Of a stretch of 44,363 nucleotides of DNA, positions 43,171 through 44,363 are shown in pieces (the first letter of the stretch is position 1; each line of letters opens with the position of its first letter). Position numbers and translations under genes: made by a program. The stretch comes from a virus. Lineage: Duplodnaviria; Caudoviricetes. The notes under the pieces are model-generated. The model was not told the DNA's origin, searched no databases, and saw nothing but the letters and a program-made list of their open reading frames with translations. Where the stretch lies: positions 1 to 44,363 of IMG/VR virus record IMGVR_UViG_3300033485_000034; one strand, 5' to 3'.

Positions 43171-43451
43171 CAGAAGCCCCCGCCCGGCCCGTAGTCGATG
43201 TCAGACCGCCAGACCACGTCACCGTCGGTCCAGTAGTCGCCGTCGGTCGGACTGTAGACCTTGATGAGAACGCCGGGATTGGCCGCGAGGTAGTCGCGGG
43301 CGTTCTGAAGCATCTGCCCGCGCAGCACTTGGTCCGTGCTGTAGTTACGGGTCAGCGGGGTCGAGCTGATGACATTCGTCTCGACCCCACCGTCCGTGCG
43401 CGTGACGATGAAGCGGCGTTGAGGGAAGCTTACGCCGAGCTGCGGAGGCAA
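43170..43451 (-). CDS. Hypothetical protein of the fibre module
   Basis: AAGGAGG RBS before TTG 43451; TGATG coupling to 43170. Confidence 0.6.
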   Translation of the reverse strand: MPPQLGVSFPQRRFIVTRTDGGVETNVISSTPLTRNYSTDQVLRGQMLQNARDYLAANPGVLIKVYSPTDGDYWTDGDVVWRSDIDYGPGGGF

Positions 43452-43466
43452 GGCCGCCTCCTTGGG

Positions 43467-43904
43467 CTAGGCGAGGGTGAGGACGCCGTTCGTGGCGTTC
43501 GCAGCAACCGTCAGCGTGTTCCCAGTCGTGACCGTAACGTCAGCCGGAGTCGAGTCGAGCAGGCAGTAGCACACCACGTCTCCGCCCACCTCGTAGATGA
43601 CTGCCCAGCGAGCGACGATGCTGCCGCCCGAGGCCGTCCACACGGGGTCGGTCGTGATGTCGACCTTGACGCTCGTCGTACCCGACAGGGTCAGGGCGAC
43701 AGCGATGCCGCCGGTCGTGTACCCGTTGGCGTTGGCATGCTCACTCGTGGAAAGCCCCGCCCACGTGGTCGTGCTCGATGAGGGCTGCGTCCCCGAGGAC
43801 AAGTGCAGCGCCATCTTGAACGAGTCCGTGTCGAAGTCGAACGTGCCGTTGAGCATCCTCGTCCGAGTGACGTCGGTAAAGGTCCATGCGGAAGGTGCGG
43901 CCAT
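43467..43904 (-). CDS. Small fibre subunit (bead-type, Gp80-like) virion protein
   Basis: DFDTDSFKMAL..E..ANGYTTGG..DPVWTA..ARWAVIY..GNTLTV..GVLTL is a widespread phage structural-protein pattern; GGAG RBS. Confidence 0.65.
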   Translation of the reverse strand: MAAPSAWTFTDVTRTRMLNGTFDFDTDSFKMALHLSSGTQPSSSTTTWAGLSTSEHANANGYTTGGIAVALTLSGTTSVKVDITTDPVWTASGGSIVARWAVIYEVGGDVVCYCLLDSTPADVTVTTGNTLTVAANATNGVLTLA

Positions 43905-43907
43905 CGC

Positions 43908-44363
43908 TTACTCCAGTGCTGTTGGTCTGCCGGCTGAGTTGCGCCTGACGGACATCTCTCTCGTGGTCCCGTCAGACATGAACTGCGTTACCCCAGTGAT
44001 GCGGCCGGTGCCGCCCTCGAAGATGGTAGCAGAGCGAACGACCCAGATGCCATCTTGGCCGTCGACCCCGGGCTTTCCCGTCGGGCCGGCCGGGCCGGTT
44101 GCCCCGACGGGACCCCGGGGACCGGTGGCTCCAGCCTCCCCCTTCGGGCCGGCCGGTCCCTCCGGTCCATCGTAGCCCTGTGGCCCCCGTGGGCCCTGTG
44201 GTCCGGTCGGACCCGGCTCGCCCTGCGGCCCCGCCGGCCCGGTGCCTCCGGGCCCCTGTGGTCCGGGCTCGCCCTGCGGCCCGCGCATGACGTCGCGCCA
44301 AGTCTCGGCACGCTGGCGCTCGTGCTCGGCCAACGCCGCCAGACGCGCCGTCTCGGCGGCAGC
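43908..44363 (-). CDS. Collagen-like (Gly-X-Y) protein, probably 5'-truncated
   Basis: About 25 Gly-X-Y triplets with one interruption; frame stays open to the window edge. Confidence 0.75.
   Translation of the reverse strand, partial: AAAETARLAALAEHERQRAETWRDVMRGPQGEPGPQGPGGTGPAGPQGEPGPTGPQGPRGPQGYDGPEGPAGPKGEAGATGPRGPVGATGPAGPTGKPGVDGQDGIWVVRSATIFEGGTGRITGVTQFMSDGTTREMSVRRNSAGRPTALE

Noticed and set aside
1-44363. Window is a complete circle: the 1..96 ORF joins in frame to the collagen ORF at 44363
   Set aside because: An in-frame join has a 1-in-3 chance, no terminal overlap is visible and the endolysin is missing, so sequence is more likely absent; unresolved without reads.

Overview
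This 44.4-kb, high-GC (about 68% by eye) window is most or all of a tailed-phage (Caudoviricetes) genome, cut inside a gene at both ends. No integrase, repressor, DNA polymerase or recognisable endolysin is visible. The minus-strand arm (25.1 kb down to 1) runs SSB-like, Prim-Pol, D5/P4-type helicase, VRR-NUC, terminase, portal, two large putative ejection proteins, scaffold, N4-gp56-family major capsid, a Dit-like protein, two paralogous decoration-like proteins, a CBM-containing adaptor and a DNRLRE/Tal-like tail protein. The plus-strand arm (26.1-40.4 kb) holds about 40 small early/middle genes, including HhH glycosylase-like, SprT-like, PD-(D/E)XK nuclease, DUF4406, DUF5664 and DEDD exonuclease genes. 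A second minus-strand block (40.5-44.4 kb) encodes fibre proteins: a collagen-like protein, a small bead-like subunit and a protein with 28 repeats of 22 aa. The divergent non-coding region (25.1-26.1 kb) holds ori-like repeats, a triplicated palindrome and C-GAA-G triloop hairpins. The main signals not explained by the gene map are: (i) the 9-mer CGTTTACAC recurring 12 times at near-regular 2.5-5.5 kb spacing, often forcing rare codons; (ii) strong local enrichment of GTSAC in the first 6 kb of the early arm; (iii) a probable ruler-and-bead fibre system; (iv) siphovirus-type Dit/Tal genes with no tail tube or tape measure gene in view. All protein calls come from motif recognition by eye, not database searches.
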